DNA of 64,000 nt, taken from positions 15,155 through 79,154 of the forward strand of contig JACRML010000009.1 of NCBI GenBank assembly GCA_016214995.1, in the 5' to 3' direction. Made by a program: the position numbers and the translations under genes. This DNA comes from Deltaproteobacteria bacterium. Its GTDB lineage: Bacteria; Desulfobacterota; GWC2-55-46; UBA9637. Below are positions 1 through 9,922 of the stretch, in pieces. The notes under the pieces were generated by a model. That model saw only the letters and a list, made by a program, of their open reading frames with translations. It was not told the DNA's origin and searched no databases. Position 1 is the stretch's first letter; every line of letters begins with the position of its first letter.

Positions 1-1092
1 TTTGATATAAGAGGTTACAGGAGTAAAACAGGCGGAGAAATACAGGGGTTTAATTTTTCAAGAAAGCTCAGAAAACTAAAATCTTCACGACTTGACAGGG
101 CGACAAAGCTTTTATTAACCGCAATTGACGAGGCGCTTCTTGAGGCAGGGCTTGAAAATGCTTTGCCTGCAGATACCGGTATTTTTTTTGGCACAACACT
201 TGGGGGTATGCTGTCAGGAGAGCTATACCACCGAAATATAGTTTTGGGCAAAAAGGCACGGCCTTCTCTCCTCCTTGATTACCTTGCCCATTATCAGGGC
301 ATTCACATTTCCAAAGAGTACGGTCTGAATCATACAGCATTCACTATATCCAATGCCTGCGCCTCCGGCACAAATGCAATAGGGTTTGCATATAACGAGA
401 TTCGTACAGGCGTTGTGAATACTGCGCTTGCGGGTGGATATGACACAATGTGTGAGTTTACATTTGCAGGTTTTAATTCGCTTCAGGCTGTTACTCAGAC
501 TCTTTGCAGGCCGTTTGATAAAAAGCGTGATGGCCTTGTGTTAGGAGAAGGTGTGGGCATTGTGGTGCTTGAAGAGATGTCCAGCGCTGTTTTAAGAAAT
601 GCAAATATCCTTGCAGAGGTTATTGGATACGGTGAATCAAGCGATGCATTCCATATAACCAGACCAGAACCAGAAGGAAGCGGCGCTGCGCTTGCCATAT
701 CCCGTGCATTGACATCTGCAGGTATTGATGCATTGGATATTGACTATATAAATGCCCATGGCACAGGCACACCGTATAATGATGTGATGGAGGCAAAGGC
801 TATTCAAAAGATCTTTGGCGCAGCAGGCAAAAATATACCCGTAAGTTCTGTAAAGTCTATGATTGGTCATCTCCTTGGCGGTGCAGGTGCTGTGGAGGCT
901 GTTATTACCGTAATGGCAATTAATAATGGGATATTACCGCCGAACATCAACTATGAAACCCCTGATCCAGAATGCCATCTCAATATTGTCCATAAGCCAG
1001 GACAGAAAACAAGCATAAAAAGGGCAATTTCAAATTCATTCGGTTTTGGCGGGGCAAATGCTGCAATAGTATTTCAGAGCGTCAATTCATGA
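1..1092 (+). CDS. beta-ketoacyl-ACP synthase, FabF/FabB-like (5' partial; frame open from window start)
   Basis: Open frame from nt 1 with no stop. Catalytic motifs are present: TISNACASGTNAIG (active Cys), NAHGTGTPYND, SMIGHLLGGAG. 4-nt ATGA overlap with the next gene. Confidence 0.85.
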   Translation, partial: FDIRGYRSKTGGEIQGFNFSRKLRKLKSSRLDRATKLLLTAIDEALLEAGLENALPADTGIFFGTTLGGMLSGELYHRNIVLGKKARPSLLLDYLAHYQGIHISKEYGLNHTAFTISNACASGTNAIGFAYNEIRTGVVNTALAGGYDTMCEFTFAGFNSLQAVTQTLCRPFDKKRDGLVLGEGVGIVVLEEMSSAVLRNANILAEVIGYGESSDAFHITRPEPEGSGAALAISRALTSAGIDALDIDYINAHGTGTPYNDVMEAKAIQKIFGAAGKNIPVSSVKSMIGHLLGGAGAVEAVITVMAINNGILPPNINYETPDPECHLNIVHKPGQKTSIKRAISNSFGFGGANAAIVFQSVNS

Positions 1093-2264
1093 CAAAGGAA
1101 TTTGTTATAACCGGCATAGGCATTGTAAGCGCGGCTGGTATAGGAAAAGATGAATTCTGGGATGCAGCAATAAACGGCAAATCAGGGATTAAGGAGATAA
1201 GCCATTTTGACACAAGCAGATACAAAAGCCATCTTGGCGGAGAGATAAGGGATTTTGACCTTGACGCAATCTTTTCTGACAGGAGATTCAGAAGGGTTGC
1301 AAATATATCAAAATACTCCCTTGCATCAAGCAAGCTTGCAGTAGATGATGCGGGTCTTGATTCAAACAAATGGGATGGTATAAAGGTCGGTCTTGTTGTC
1401 GGTGTTACGCATGGTGCCATTAATTATACCAGAGAATTCCATGCCGCGATGGTAAAGGATGGGCCGGCAGCCGTGAGCCCCATGCTTTTTTCTGACTCTG
1501 TGTTAAATGCCCCTGCGGGAAATGTTTCTATTGCATTTAACATAAAAGGTGCAGCCCATACGATTATAGGCGGTATGCCAACGGGCCTTGATGCCATTGC
1601 TTATGCGATAAAGATTATGCAGAGTAATAATCTTGATATGTGCATAGCAGGCGGGACAGAAGAGATTGACAGTATTGTCTTTGATAGCTATGCAAGACTC
1701 AGACTGCTTTCACCAAACAGTGGAAAACCAGAAGGGATTAAACCTTTTGGTATTGACAGAAACGGTTTTGTGGTTGGCGAGGGTGCCTGTATGCTTGTGC
1801 TTGAGGAAAAAAAGGCAGCAATTGAGCGCATGGCAAGAATTTACGCCGGCATTCATTCTGTTGATACAGCACTGCACATAAACCCAGCCCAATCTAACAA
1901 AACTTTTAGAGATATTGACACTGAAGCGACATATATAGCTGCCGGAGCAAATGGAACTTCAAAAGACAATATTGAAGCAAAAGTGCTTCAAGCTGTTTCT
2001 GCAAAAAGGCCTTTTATAGGAAATATAAAACCTATTACAGGAGAATGCTTCGCAGCAGGCAGTGCTATGCAGACCGCTTTAGCGGCTATGGTCATTCATA
2101 AAGGCATTATACCGCCTTCAAGGGTCGGCTATGATTTAATACCTGAAATAGATTGGGCCAGATTTAATCCTTATGCAGAAAATGCAGAGGTTGAGACAGC
2201 TATGGTAAGCTCAATAGGTTTGGAAGGAGAAGGTTCTTTTCTTGTATTGAAAAAAGTAAATTGA
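1089..2264 (+). CDS. KS-like protein lacking active-site Cys (chain-length-factor / KS-beta-like)
   Basis: KS N-terminal signature (VITGIGIVSAAG...) but the active-site position reads NAPAGNVSIAF with no Cys. Translationally coupled to the upstream KS, as in KS/CLF pairs. Confidence 0.7.
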   Translation: MTKEFVITGIGIVSAAGIGKDEFWDAAINGKSGIKEISHFDTSRYKSHLGGEIRDFDLDAIFSDRRFRRVANISKYSLASSKLAVDDAGLDSNKWDGIKVGLVVGVTHGAINYTREFHAAMVKDGPAAVSPMLFSDSVLNAPAGNVSIAFNIKGAAHTIIGGMPTGLDAIAYAIKIMQSNNLDMCIAGGTEEIDSIVFDSYARLRLLSPNSGKPEGIKPFGIDRNGFVVGEGACMLVLEEKKAAIERMARIYAGIHSVDTALHINPAQSNKTFRDIDTEATYIAAGANGTSKDNIEAKVLQAVSAKRPFIGNIKPITGECFAAGSAMQTALAAMVIHKGIIPPSRVGYDLIPEIDWARFNPYAENAEVETAMVSSIGLEGEGSFLVLKKVN

Positions 2265-2337
2265 AAATTGAAAAATGCAAATTGTAAAACGGAAAAACAG
2301 TTAAAATTTACAATTTAAAATTTGCAATCTTCATTTT

Positions 2338-2646
2338 ACACCCAAAAATAGACATTGATTTTTGGGGAAACCTGTAAGTTGGCTGTTAGACAACACACCC
2401 CTAAATCCCCTCTCGAGAGGGGACTAAAGGGGTGTGTTATTTGCTACGAGCCGTAACCCACCCCTTCCCCTCCTTGGAGGGGATAAAGGGGTGGGTTGTG
2501 AGGAACAAAAATTGGCCGATAACGAAGTATGCCTGTCCCCGAGTGTCTCTATCGGGGAGCAGCCAAATCGGCTGGCTCCACTTGCTGCGAAGCGATTGCA
2601 AGTGGAAGATGTAAAATAGCGAGGTTTTTAATCGCTATTTTACGGT
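2338..2646 (-). repeat. ~300-bp structured intergenic repeat, copy A (reverse orientation relative to copies B and C)
   Basis: Ends with the ccaaaaat-N8-atttttgg hairpin and the gtaaaatagcga..tcgctattttac hairpin. Shares the core cttccacttgcaatcgcttcgcagcaagtggag / gccgatttg with 12909-13254 and 25081-25373. Confidence 0.8.
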
Positions 2647-2650
2647 TACA

Positions 2651-3805
2651 ATGGAGCGGAGCGACATGGCTGTAGCCTTTGAAAATATAAAAACAGGTAT
2701 TGATATATTAAGACAATTCTTGGTTCCAAAGATGTTTACGGTCAAACTTCTTGAGTTTGCAGAAAGTGAGGGAATACTTTCTGTTATGCGAGAGACAGGC
2801 AATTCTCCGGTAAGGACATTCGGGGGTGGGTCTGACAATTTGTGGACACGAGAAGAGTTTTATAGCGCTGTTCATAGGAGGCTGGGGTATGAGACAGGGA
2901 ATGCTGTAAGGAAAAGAATGTTGGCAATTCTGCTGGATTTTCTTGAAGAGTGTGGTCATATTTCTCAGAAAAAACCTGGCATTTATACATATAATGCAGA
3001 TGCCAAGACAACGTCGCCCCTTTCCAGCGAAGACATGGAGGTAATGAGAGAAATATTTGGTGATCAGTCTATGTTTTTTGATAAGTGTATAGAATATGCA
3101 GGTGATTTTCTAAAAGGAAAGAATTATCTTTTTGGCTTTAATAAGGGTATGGAAGATGTATGGAATAGGTTTCTTGGCAATTATGAATTTAGTTTCGCAA
3201 GGGATGTGCTTCTTAAGCTGATGACTGTCGATACAATACCGGATTGCAATATATTGGACCTTTGCTACGGGACAGGACATGGTCTGGAGCGTATATGCAG
3301 GGATTTCCCTGACGCGGATATCACAGCAATAGATTTTACAGATGATATGAGACCGTTTGCAATGTCAAGGCTTGGCAAAGTTGCTTCAAAGGTCAAATGG
3401 ATTGACGCCGGCAGATGGAATGGCTTTGGAAGTAATCTTCCTTTTGAGGTCATGGTTTTTGATATGATATTCTTCTCGTGTGGTGACCCATATATACCAG
3501 AGCATTTGCGTGAGGGTGTATACAGGGATATATTCAGGGTTTTGAAACCAGGTGGAATCTTAGGTGTGATTGCGTGGGGTTATCCTGACAGGTCCAAAAG
3601 ACATATACAGAATGAATGGGTAAGAAGGGGTATATATATTCATGACTTCGCCGAAAGTGTGTGCAATGGATGGCATGGCTTCCGTGATATCGACAGCACC
3701 ATAAAAATGACCAGAAAAATAGGTTTTGTGGGCGCCAATGCCGTTTTTAATAATTTTTATATGCTTGATTCAGCTGTGTGGATGTTTAAAAGACCTGAGG
3801 TATGA
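2651..3805 (+). CDS. class I SAM-dependent methyltransferase with an N-terminal domain of unknown function (alternative start ATG 2666, with GGAG RBS)
   Basis: Motif I ILDLCYGTGHGL; Rossmann-like MT core; 4-nt overlap with the downstream KS. Confidence 0.7.
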   Translation: MERSDMAVAFENIKTGIDILRQFLVPKMFTVKLLEFAESEGILSVMRETGNSPVRTFGGGSDNLWTREEFYSAVHRRLGYETGNAVRKRMLAILLDFLEECGHISQKKPGIYTYNADAKTTSPLSSEDMEVMREIFGDQSMFFDKCIEYAGDFLKGKNYLFGFNKGMEDVWNRFLGNYEFSFARDVLLKLMTVDTIPDCNILDLCYGTGHGLERICRDFPDADITAIDFTDDMRPFAMSRLGKVASKVKWIDAGRWNGFGSNLPFEVMVFDMIFFSCGDPYIPEHLREGVYRDIFRVLKPGGILGVIAWGYPDRSKRHIQNEWVRRGIYIHDFAESVCNGWHGFRDIDSTIKMTRKIGFVGANAVFNNFYMLDSAVWMFKRPEV

Positions 3806-5043
3806 ACAGAGAGGTTGTTGTAACAGGCATGGGTATTCTATCTCCGCTTGAATCAGGGTGTGGGCTTGAAATATTCTGGCAAGAGTTATTGAAAGGAAAA
3901 AATGCGATAAAAGAGGTTAAATCTTTTGATGCAAAAAAATACGGATGCAATGTTGCCGGCGAGGTAGAAGGATTTGCGGATGCGATCAGCGATAAATGGA
4001 TTCGTTTTCTTGATTTGGCATTTAAACAGGCAATAGAAGATGCAAAACTTGTCCCCGAAATCTTTAATCGGGGAATTGATGCAAATGCTGTTCCTTTTGG
4101 TTTATCCGTTGGCACAGTGCTTGGAGGCATACTTGCCGGTCAGGAGGCATGGTTGCGTTCCCACGCGGAGCATGGGAACGAGGGAAATAGAGAGCAGGAG
4201 CTGCCTGAAAAATACCACCTCTTTTCAGGTGTGGATTATCTGGTCAAAAAATACGGTATTAATGGCCCGAATATGAGCATATCCACAGCCTGTGCTTCCG
4301 GCACAGATGCCATTGGAATAGCATACAGAAATATATTATGGGGAAAGGCCGATGTAATGATAGCAGGCGGAGCAGACACATTGAGCGAATTTGCCTTTGC
4401 CGGCTTTAACAGCCTTAAGGCCTTGACAAAAGATAAAGTAAGACCGTTTGATAAAAATAGAGACGGCCTTGCCCTTGGTGAAGGCGCCGCATTTTTAGTG
4501 TTGGAAGAGGCAAACCATGCTAAAAAAAGAAATGTAAAAATTTACGGCAAAATCATAGGCTATGCATCAAGATCAGACGCACATCATCTTACAGGGCCTG
4601 ATAAAGAGGGGAGGGGGCTGGCAGCGGCCATTAAAGCGGTGTTAAAAGAGGCAGACATATCAAAGCCTGTCTCCGAATGCTTTTATCGGGGAGTGGATTA
4701 TATAAATGCCCACGGCACAGGCACTGTGTATAACGATGCAATGGAGACTAAGGCGATAAAGCTCGCTTTTGGCAAATCCGCATACGAAATACCGATAAGT
4801 TCCATAAAGTCAATGATAGGTCACAGCTTCGGCGCAGGAGGCGCAATAGAGGCGGCGGCATGCCTTCTTGCCATCAAGAACGGCGCAATTCCTCCCACCA
4901 TAAACTATCAGGAAAAAGGCCCTGAATGCGACCTTGATTATGTGCCTAATATAGCGAGAAAGGCCGATGTCCAAACAGCCATTTCGCTCTCTGCCGGTTT
5001 CGGGGGGCAGAATGCGGCCATCCTTTTCAGCGCAGTGGAGTAG
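3802..5043 (+). CDS. beta-ketoacyl-ACP synthase (FabF/FabB-like, catalytic)
   Basis: ISTACASGTDAIG, NAHGTGTVYND, SMIGHSFGAGG; full-length 413 aa. Confidence 0.85.
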   Translation: MNREVVVTGMGILSPLESGCGLEIFWQELLKGKNAIKEVKSFDAKKYGCNVAGEVEGFADAISDKWIRFLDLAFKQAIEDAKLVPEIFNRGIDANAVPFGLSVGTVLGGILAGQEAWLRSHAEHGNEGNREQELPEKYHLFSGVDYLVKKYGINGPNMSISTACASGTDAIGIAYRNILWGKADVMIAGGADTLSEFAFAGFNSLKALTKDKVRPFDKNRDGLALGEGAAFLVLEEANHAKKRNVKIYGKIIGYASRSDAHHLTGPDKEGRGLAAAIKAVLKEADISKPVSECFYRGVDYINAHGTGTVYNDAMETKAIKLAFGKSAYEIPISSIKSMIGHSFGAGGAIEAAACLLAIKNGAIPPTINYQEKGPECDLDYVPNIARKADVQTAISLSAGFGGQNAAILFSAVE

Positions 5044-5114
5044 CTGATAATAAAATGTCAAAAATAGTTTTATTTTAAAGATAGCTGGAAGGGTAAGTAA
5101 GGCCGTTTAACGCT

Positions 5115-5801
5115 ATGTTTATGGATACAAAGATTTACATAACAGGCATGGGTATATGCAATGAAGTCCCAGCCAAGATAGAGACGCCAAAGGCAGTGAA
5201 GACCGTCATAAAGGCAGAGGAACTGGCTCTGGCCGCAGTGTCTGCGGCGTTCAAGCAAATTAGAACTTGGGAATTAGACACTGGCATTGTCTTCGGCATA
5301 GATAATGCCATAGATAGATGCAAGGCAGAGTTCTTTAAAGGCCTTCTCGCAGAGGGGCCTATCGGCGCAAGCCCGCTGCTGTTCCCTTACACAAGCCATA
5401 ATGTCATAACAGCCCAGGCGACCATTGCCTTTGGCATAAAGGGCGAAGACATCACGATTACCAGCGGGGCATCGTCTTTTATGAAGGCCATTGGATATGG
5501 CTTTGAGTTGCTGTATAGATGTGTAATGAAGTCGGTTATTGCAGGCGGTGTCTCCGAGAATGGGGCAATGGTTATTGTAATGGAGAGCCTTGCCCCTGAT
5601 GAATTAGGAATTAGGAATTGGGAATTAGAAATTAGTAATAACGGGATTATCCTAAAAGAGATTACAGGTTTTAAGAACCCTCTACAACAGGATGAGGCTA
5701 ATGTAAAATCAATAGAGGACTCTTTTCTTTTAGTGGAAGATTTTATTAAGGGGAAAAGTAAACTTGTTACAGAAGACTGGGTATTTCAAATTAAGGCTTG
5801 A
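5115..5801 (+). CDS. truncated KS-like (thiolase-fold N-terminal-like) protein without catalytic Cys; carries an in-frame heptamer-repeat insertion
   Basis: MFMDTKIYITGMGIC... resembles a KS N-terminus. The GSG-like motif has no Cys. (gaattag)n at 5601-5635 encodes LGIRNWELEISNN. Confidence 0.5.
   Translation: MFMDTKIYITGMGICNEVPAKIETPKAVKTVIKAEELALAAVSAAFKQIRTWELDTGIVFGIDNAIDRCKAEFFKGLLAEGPIGASPLLFPYTSHNVITAQATIAFGIKGEDITITSGASSFMKAIGYGFELLYRCVMKSVIAGGVSENGAMVIVMESLAPDELGIRNWELEISNNGIILKEITGFKNPLQQDEANVKSIEDSFLLVEDFIKGKSKLVTEDWVFQIKA
5601..5635. repeat. heptanucleotide tandem repeat (gaattag)n inside a CDS; a second short run lies at 5825-5842
   Basis: Direct reading: gaattaggaattaggaattgggaattagaaattag. 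Confidence 0.9.
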
Positions 5802-5841
5802 ATCTTGCGGCATAAATCCTTATAGTATTAGGAATTAGGAA

Positions 5842-7149
5842 ATGGACTTCATATCAGATATAGACAGAAAAGACATAAAGGACATATCAGTCATTCAGGC
5901 CGAACTCCTCAAAGAAACAGTTTTCTATCTTTACAAAAACTCTCCGTTTTACAGAAAGAAAATCGCCCGCATCCCATCTATCAAGTGCATAGAGGATATT
6001 AGCGGTCTGTCCATAACAACAAAGGAAGACCTTCAGATAGACAACTGGGGTTTCCTCTGTGTGCCTAAGAACAATCTTTCAGAGATCGTTGCAACTACAG
6101 GCACAACCGGCGCGCATGTGTTCATAGGGCTTGCCAAAAAAGACATGGATAGGCTTGCGGAGAATGAAAAGAGATGCTTTTCCTATACAGGCGCCACACC
6201 GGACGACCTTTTTCTGTTATCCATTACCATGGATAATCTCTTCATCGCTGGAATGGCATACTATTCAGGGCTTCAGAGGCTTGGCGCAGGGGTTATCCGT
6301 ATGGGGCCGCATACCCCCAAAAGGCAGCTTGAGCTTATACACAGCCTTAAGCCTACCGGCATCGTGGCAGTGCCGTCTTTCATAATCGCCATTTACAAGC
6401 AGGCAGAAAAGGACAGGATAGACCTTAAAAAATCAAGCCTCAAAAAGATTGTCCTCATAGGCGAGGCCATAAGGAATGCGGATTTTTCTTCCAATACTCT
6501 TGGAAAAATGGTAGAAAAATTAAGCACGGCAGAGAGCTACTCCACCTACGGCATTACTGAGGCGCAGGTTGCATTTTGCGAATGTCAGTGTCATAAAGGG
6601 CTGCACTCTCACCCCGACCTTGTTTACGCCGAGATATTGGATGATGCAGGCAATACAGTTAAGGATGGTGAAATAGGAGAGCTTGTTGTAACCACATTCC
6701 AGATAGAGGGCATGCCGCTTTTAAGATACAGGACAGGCGACATGACCTTTAAGATAAGCGACAGATGTGATTGCGGAAGGACATCTGCCCGCATAGGGCC
6801 AATCATCGGCCGTAAGGCACAGAAGCTTAAGATAAAGGGAACGACAGTCTATCCTAAGGCCATAGAGAACATCTTGCTGGAGATAGATGGTGTTGAGAAT
6901 TATGTGATTGAGGCATATACAGGGGATGACCAGGCAGACCATGTTATCGTAAAGGTGGGCTCGCTTAAGACTCAAGACTCAAGACTCAAGACACAAGACT
7001 TAAAAGATGCTGTTTGTGAAAATATTAAGGCAAAGATAAGGGTTACGCCGCAGATTGAGATTATGCTGCCGCAGGAAGTGGAAAAGATTTTATATGAGGG
7101 CGGCAGGAGGAAGCCAATGACATTTGTGGACAGAAGGGGAAAGAGTTAG
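5842..7149 (+). CDS. phenylacetate-CoA ligase-like (PaaK / coenzyme F390 synthetase family) adenylate-forming enzyme
   Basis: ATTGTTGAHVF (P-loop-like SSGTTG motif), LRYRTGD (YRTGD). In-frame (actcaag)n at 6967-7001 encodes SLKTQDSRLKTQDLKD. Confidence 0.75.
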   Translation: MDFISDIDRKDIKDISVIQAELLKETVFYLYKNSPFYRKKIARIPSIKCIEDISGLSITTKEDLQIDNWGFLCVPKNNLSEIVATTGTTGAHVFIGLAKKDMDRLAENEKRCFSYTGATPDDLFLLSITMDNLFIAGMAYYSGLQRLGAGVIRMGPHTPKRQLELIHSLKPTGIVAVPSFIIAIYKQAEKDRIDLKKSSLKKIVLIGEAIRNADFSSNTLGKMVEKLSTAESYSTYGITEAQVAFCECQCHKGLHSHPDLVYAEILDDAGNTVKDGEIGELVVTTFQIEGMPLLRYRTGDMTFKISDRCDCGRTSARIGPIIGRKAQKLKIKGTTVYPKAIENILLEIDGVENYVIEAYTGDDQADHVIVKVGSLKTQDSRLKTQDLKDAVCENIKAKIRVTPQIEIMLPQEVEKILYEGGRRKPMTFVDRRGKS

Positions 7150-7222
7150 CGGATAGCGGATAGGAAAAGCGCATAGCGGATAGAAAAAACTAAACTCTAA
7201 ACGCTCTACGCTAAACGCTAAT
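7149..7222. repeat. intergenic heptamer tandem repeats (tagcgga)n followed by (ctaaacg)n
   Basis: agcggatagcggatagg...catagcggatag...aaactctaaacgctctacgctaaacgctaa. Confidence 0.85.
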
Positions 7223-7238
7223 AAAAAAGGGGAAAATA

Positions 7239-8375
7239 ATGACGCTTAATTATGAAACCATCCACGGCCTGGATTTTACAAATGAGGAGATAACAGCCTG
7301 TCTTAAAAGAGGAGGACTTTTAACCCTTGAGCTGGAGTTTAGCAAGGTATGCAATCTTAAGTGCATATACTGTTATGCAAGCGCAGGCAATGCCATGTCT
7401 GATGAAATGACCCTTGCTGAAATAAAGAACGTTATAGACCAGGCAGCAGAACTTGGGGCAGAAAAGATAATTCTCCTTGGCGGCGGCGAGCCTCTTATGT
7501 ATGAGGACATCCCATTGGTTGTAGAATATATTCATAAAAAGGGGCTTAAACAAAGTATTTTCACAAATGGCATGCTTCTCACAAAAGAGCTTAGCGGTTT
7601 TTTGTTTGAACGAAATGTTTCGGTAGTTGTCAAACACAATAGCAATATCCCGGAGGTTCAGGATAAGCTGGGAGGCGTCAAAGGCGCTTACGACAAGATT
7701 CGGCATGGTTTTGAATATCTGCTGGAGGCAGGCTATCCCAATGGCGCAGCTCAGCTTGGCATACAGACTGTTATATGCCGGCAGAATTTAAAAGAGATTC
7801 CTGATATGTGGATATGGGCGCGGGAGAGAGGCATCATACCTTACTTTGAGATAATTACAAATCAGGGAAGGGCAAAAGAGCATAAAGAACTTCATGTCTC
7901 AAATGAAGAGATACGAAAGGTATTTGAGGAGCTTGAATATATAGATGAGACAAGATTTGGGCACAAATGGAGTCCGCATCCAACCATTGCATCATTTACA
8001 TGCAAGAGGCATCTATATTCATGTCTGGTAAACTCACAGGGTTATATTCAACCGTGCACAGGTATTGATATGCCTGTTGGAAATGTTAAACATGAGAAAT
8101 TAAAAGATATATTAAAGAAAAGCCCTGTAATCCAGAAACTAAGAAATATCTATGCCAATATTCAGGGCGAATGCAAGGCCTGCGAATTTGCCTTTGACTG
8201 TTACGGCTGCAGAGGGAATGCGTATCAGACCACCGGCAATTACCTTGCCCCTGACCCTGCATGCTGGCTGAACAAGAAAGCCAAACGACAAGCAGGCGCA
8301 AAAAAGCAAGCCGTTTCTGAGGTCCCGCTTGGCGGGGAGGGCAGCGTTGCAGTAGATACTACAATAAATTTCTAA
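7239..8375 (+). CDS. radical SAM enzyme with C-terminal SPASM-like Cys-rich domain
   Basis: CNLKCIYCYA (CxxxCxxC) at the N-terminus; C-terminal CKACEFAFDCYGCRGNAY and other Cys clusters. Confidence 0.8.
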   Translation: MTLNYETIHGLDFTNEEITACLKRGGLLTLELEFSKVCNLKCIYCYASAGNAMSDEMTLAEIKNVIDQAAELGAEKIILLGGGEPLMYEDIPLVVEYIHKKGLKQSIFTNGMLLTKELSGFLFERNVSVVVKHNSNIPEVQDKLGGVKGAYDKIRHGFEYLLEAGYPNGAAQLGIQTVICRQNLKEIPDMWIWARERGIIPYFEIITNQGRAKEHKELHVSNEEIRKVFEELEYIDETRFGHKWSPHPTIASFTCKRHLYSCLVNSQGYIQPCTGIDMPVGNVKHEKLKDILKKSPVIQKLRNIYANIQGECKACEFAFDCYGCRGNAYQTTGNYLAPDPACWLNKKAKRQAGAKKQAVSEVPLGGEGSVAVDTTINF

Positions 8376-8380
8376 TTTCT

Positions 8381-8415
8381 AAACCCCCACACCAAAGATT
8401 TTGGTGTGGGGGTTT
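8381..8415 (+). terminator. perfect 15-bp-stem hairpin after the SPASM radical-SAM gene (terminator or attenuator candidate)
   Basis: aaacccccacaccaaa-gatt-ttggtgtgggggttt followed by a weak T-rich tract. Confidence 0.45.
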
Positions 8416-8464
8416 AGGATTTCTTAATACCATGTCAACTTATTTAAGTCGTTCACTATAATTC

Positions 8465-9922
8465 ATGCAAATCCTCCTCATATCTGCCAACAGAGAAAAA
8501 ACCCCATACCCTGTATCTCCCATCGGGCTTGCATATATTGCGTCAGCCCTTATTAAGGACAACCACGATGTTGAGATACTTGACCTCTGTTTTGCAGAAG
8601 ATGTTATTTCAAGTCTGAAACAAACCATCGCAAGATTCAAGCCGGACATCATCGGCCTTTCCATCAGAAATATAGACAATCTTACATATCCAAAGAGCGT
8701 TTTTTACCTCCCTTATATTAAGTCTGTAGTTGATGAAATCAAACAAACCTGCCTGTCCCGTCGGGACGGCAGACAGGTGGATATTCCTCTTGTGATGGGC
8801 GGCTCTGGTTTTTCTCTCTTCCCTGAGGGTGTTTTAAGATACACAGGGCTTGAATTCGGCATAGTCGGAGAAGGGGAAAACGGCTTTTGCGAGTTTGTAA
8901 AAAGACAGGAAAGAAACAAGTGGGTTTATGATATTCCTAACCTGGCATATCTAAAAGGCGACAGATTTATTCAGAACCCGATAGCCTTCACAAGTGGTTT
9001 TTCAAAGCCTGATAGACTGTTTCTGGATAATGAAAGATATTTTCAATTTGGCGGAATGGCCAATATCCAGACTAAGAGGGGATGTCCCTTCAAGTGCATA
9101 TACTGCACATATCCATATCTTGACGGCAGCCGCATAAGATGCAGGGATGTGGATGATATAGTGGATGAAGTGGAGGAACTGGTTAATAAATACGGCATTG
9201 ACTATATATTTTTTGTTGACGACATATTTAACCAGCCTGTTGGCCATGCGATGGACATTTGCAGGGGCATCATAAAAAGGGGATTAAAAATAAACTGGAC
9301 ATGCTTTGCCACTCCAAAGGGCATGACACCGGAACTCTTAAGCCTTATGAAAGACGCAGGATGCATGGGCGTTGAATTCGGCACAGATGCTGCAAGCGCA
9401 GAGACGCTTCGCAGCATGGGTAAGTCATTTACCCCTGATGATGTGAGAAGGGTTTCCATCATGTGCGATGATGCAGGGCTTGAGGCTGCGCATTATCTTA
9501 TATTTGGCGGCCCAGGCGAAACAGAAAAGACGCTGGAGGAGTCCTTTGCGTTCATGGACGAGAATAACCCCAGGGCTGTAATTGCCATGACAGGCCTGAG
9601 GATTTATCCCAATACAGGGCTTGAAAAGATGAGCCTTGCACAAGGGGTTATAAAAAATGGCGAGGATATACTCCACCCCCATTTTTATATCTCTCCTGCA
9701 ATAGGTGAGGAAAGGCTTTTATCTATGGTCAAAGACCATGCCATCAGCCAGCCAAACTGGATAGTCCCTGGTTTGGATATAAGAAATTCAGAGGAGACAA
9801 TGACTGTCTTAAGAAAGTTCGGCAACAGAGGGCCTTTGTGGAATATGCTTAAAAAAAATGTCAAATACCAAAGTTCAAATGTCAAAACTTCAAAGTCAAA
9901 AGACTATGATGTATCTAAGTAA
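8465..9922 (+). CDS. B12-binding (class B) radical SAM enzyme
   Basis: N-terminal cobalamin-binding-like fold (MQILLISAN...VSPIGLAYIASAL..DVEILDL), then a radical SAM core RGCPFKCIYCTYP. The C-terminal tail is encoded by a heptamer-like repeat (9868-9905). Confidence 0.8.
   Translation: MQILLISANREKTPYPVSPIGLAYIASALIKDNHDVEILDLCFAEDVISSLKQTIARFKPDIIGLSIRNIDNLTYPKSVFYLPYIKSVVDEIKQTCLSRRDGRQVDIPLVMGGSGFSLFPEGVLRYTGLEFGIVGEGENGFCEFVKRQERNKWVYDIPNLAYLKGDRFIQNPIAFTSGFSKPDRLFLDNERYFQFGGMANIQTKRGCPFKCIYCTYPYLDGSRIRCRDVDDIVDEVEELVNKYGIDYIFFVDDIFNQPVGHAMDICRGIIKRGLKINWTCFATPKGMTPELLSLMKDAGCMGVEFGTDAASAETLRSMGKSFTPDDVRRVSIMCDDAGLEAAHYLIFGGPGETEKTLEESFAFMDENNPRAVIAMTGLRIYPNTGLEKMSLAQGVIKNGEDILHPHFYISPAIGEERLLSMVKDHAISQPNWIVPGLDIRNSEETMTVLRKFGNRGPLWNMLKKNVKYQSSNVKTSKSKDYDVSK

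Noticed and set aside
2432-2619. ORFs 2432..2614 and 2434..2619 inside repeat copy A
   Set aside because: Same reason: they fall within the G-rich palindromic part of the repeat element and are non-coding.
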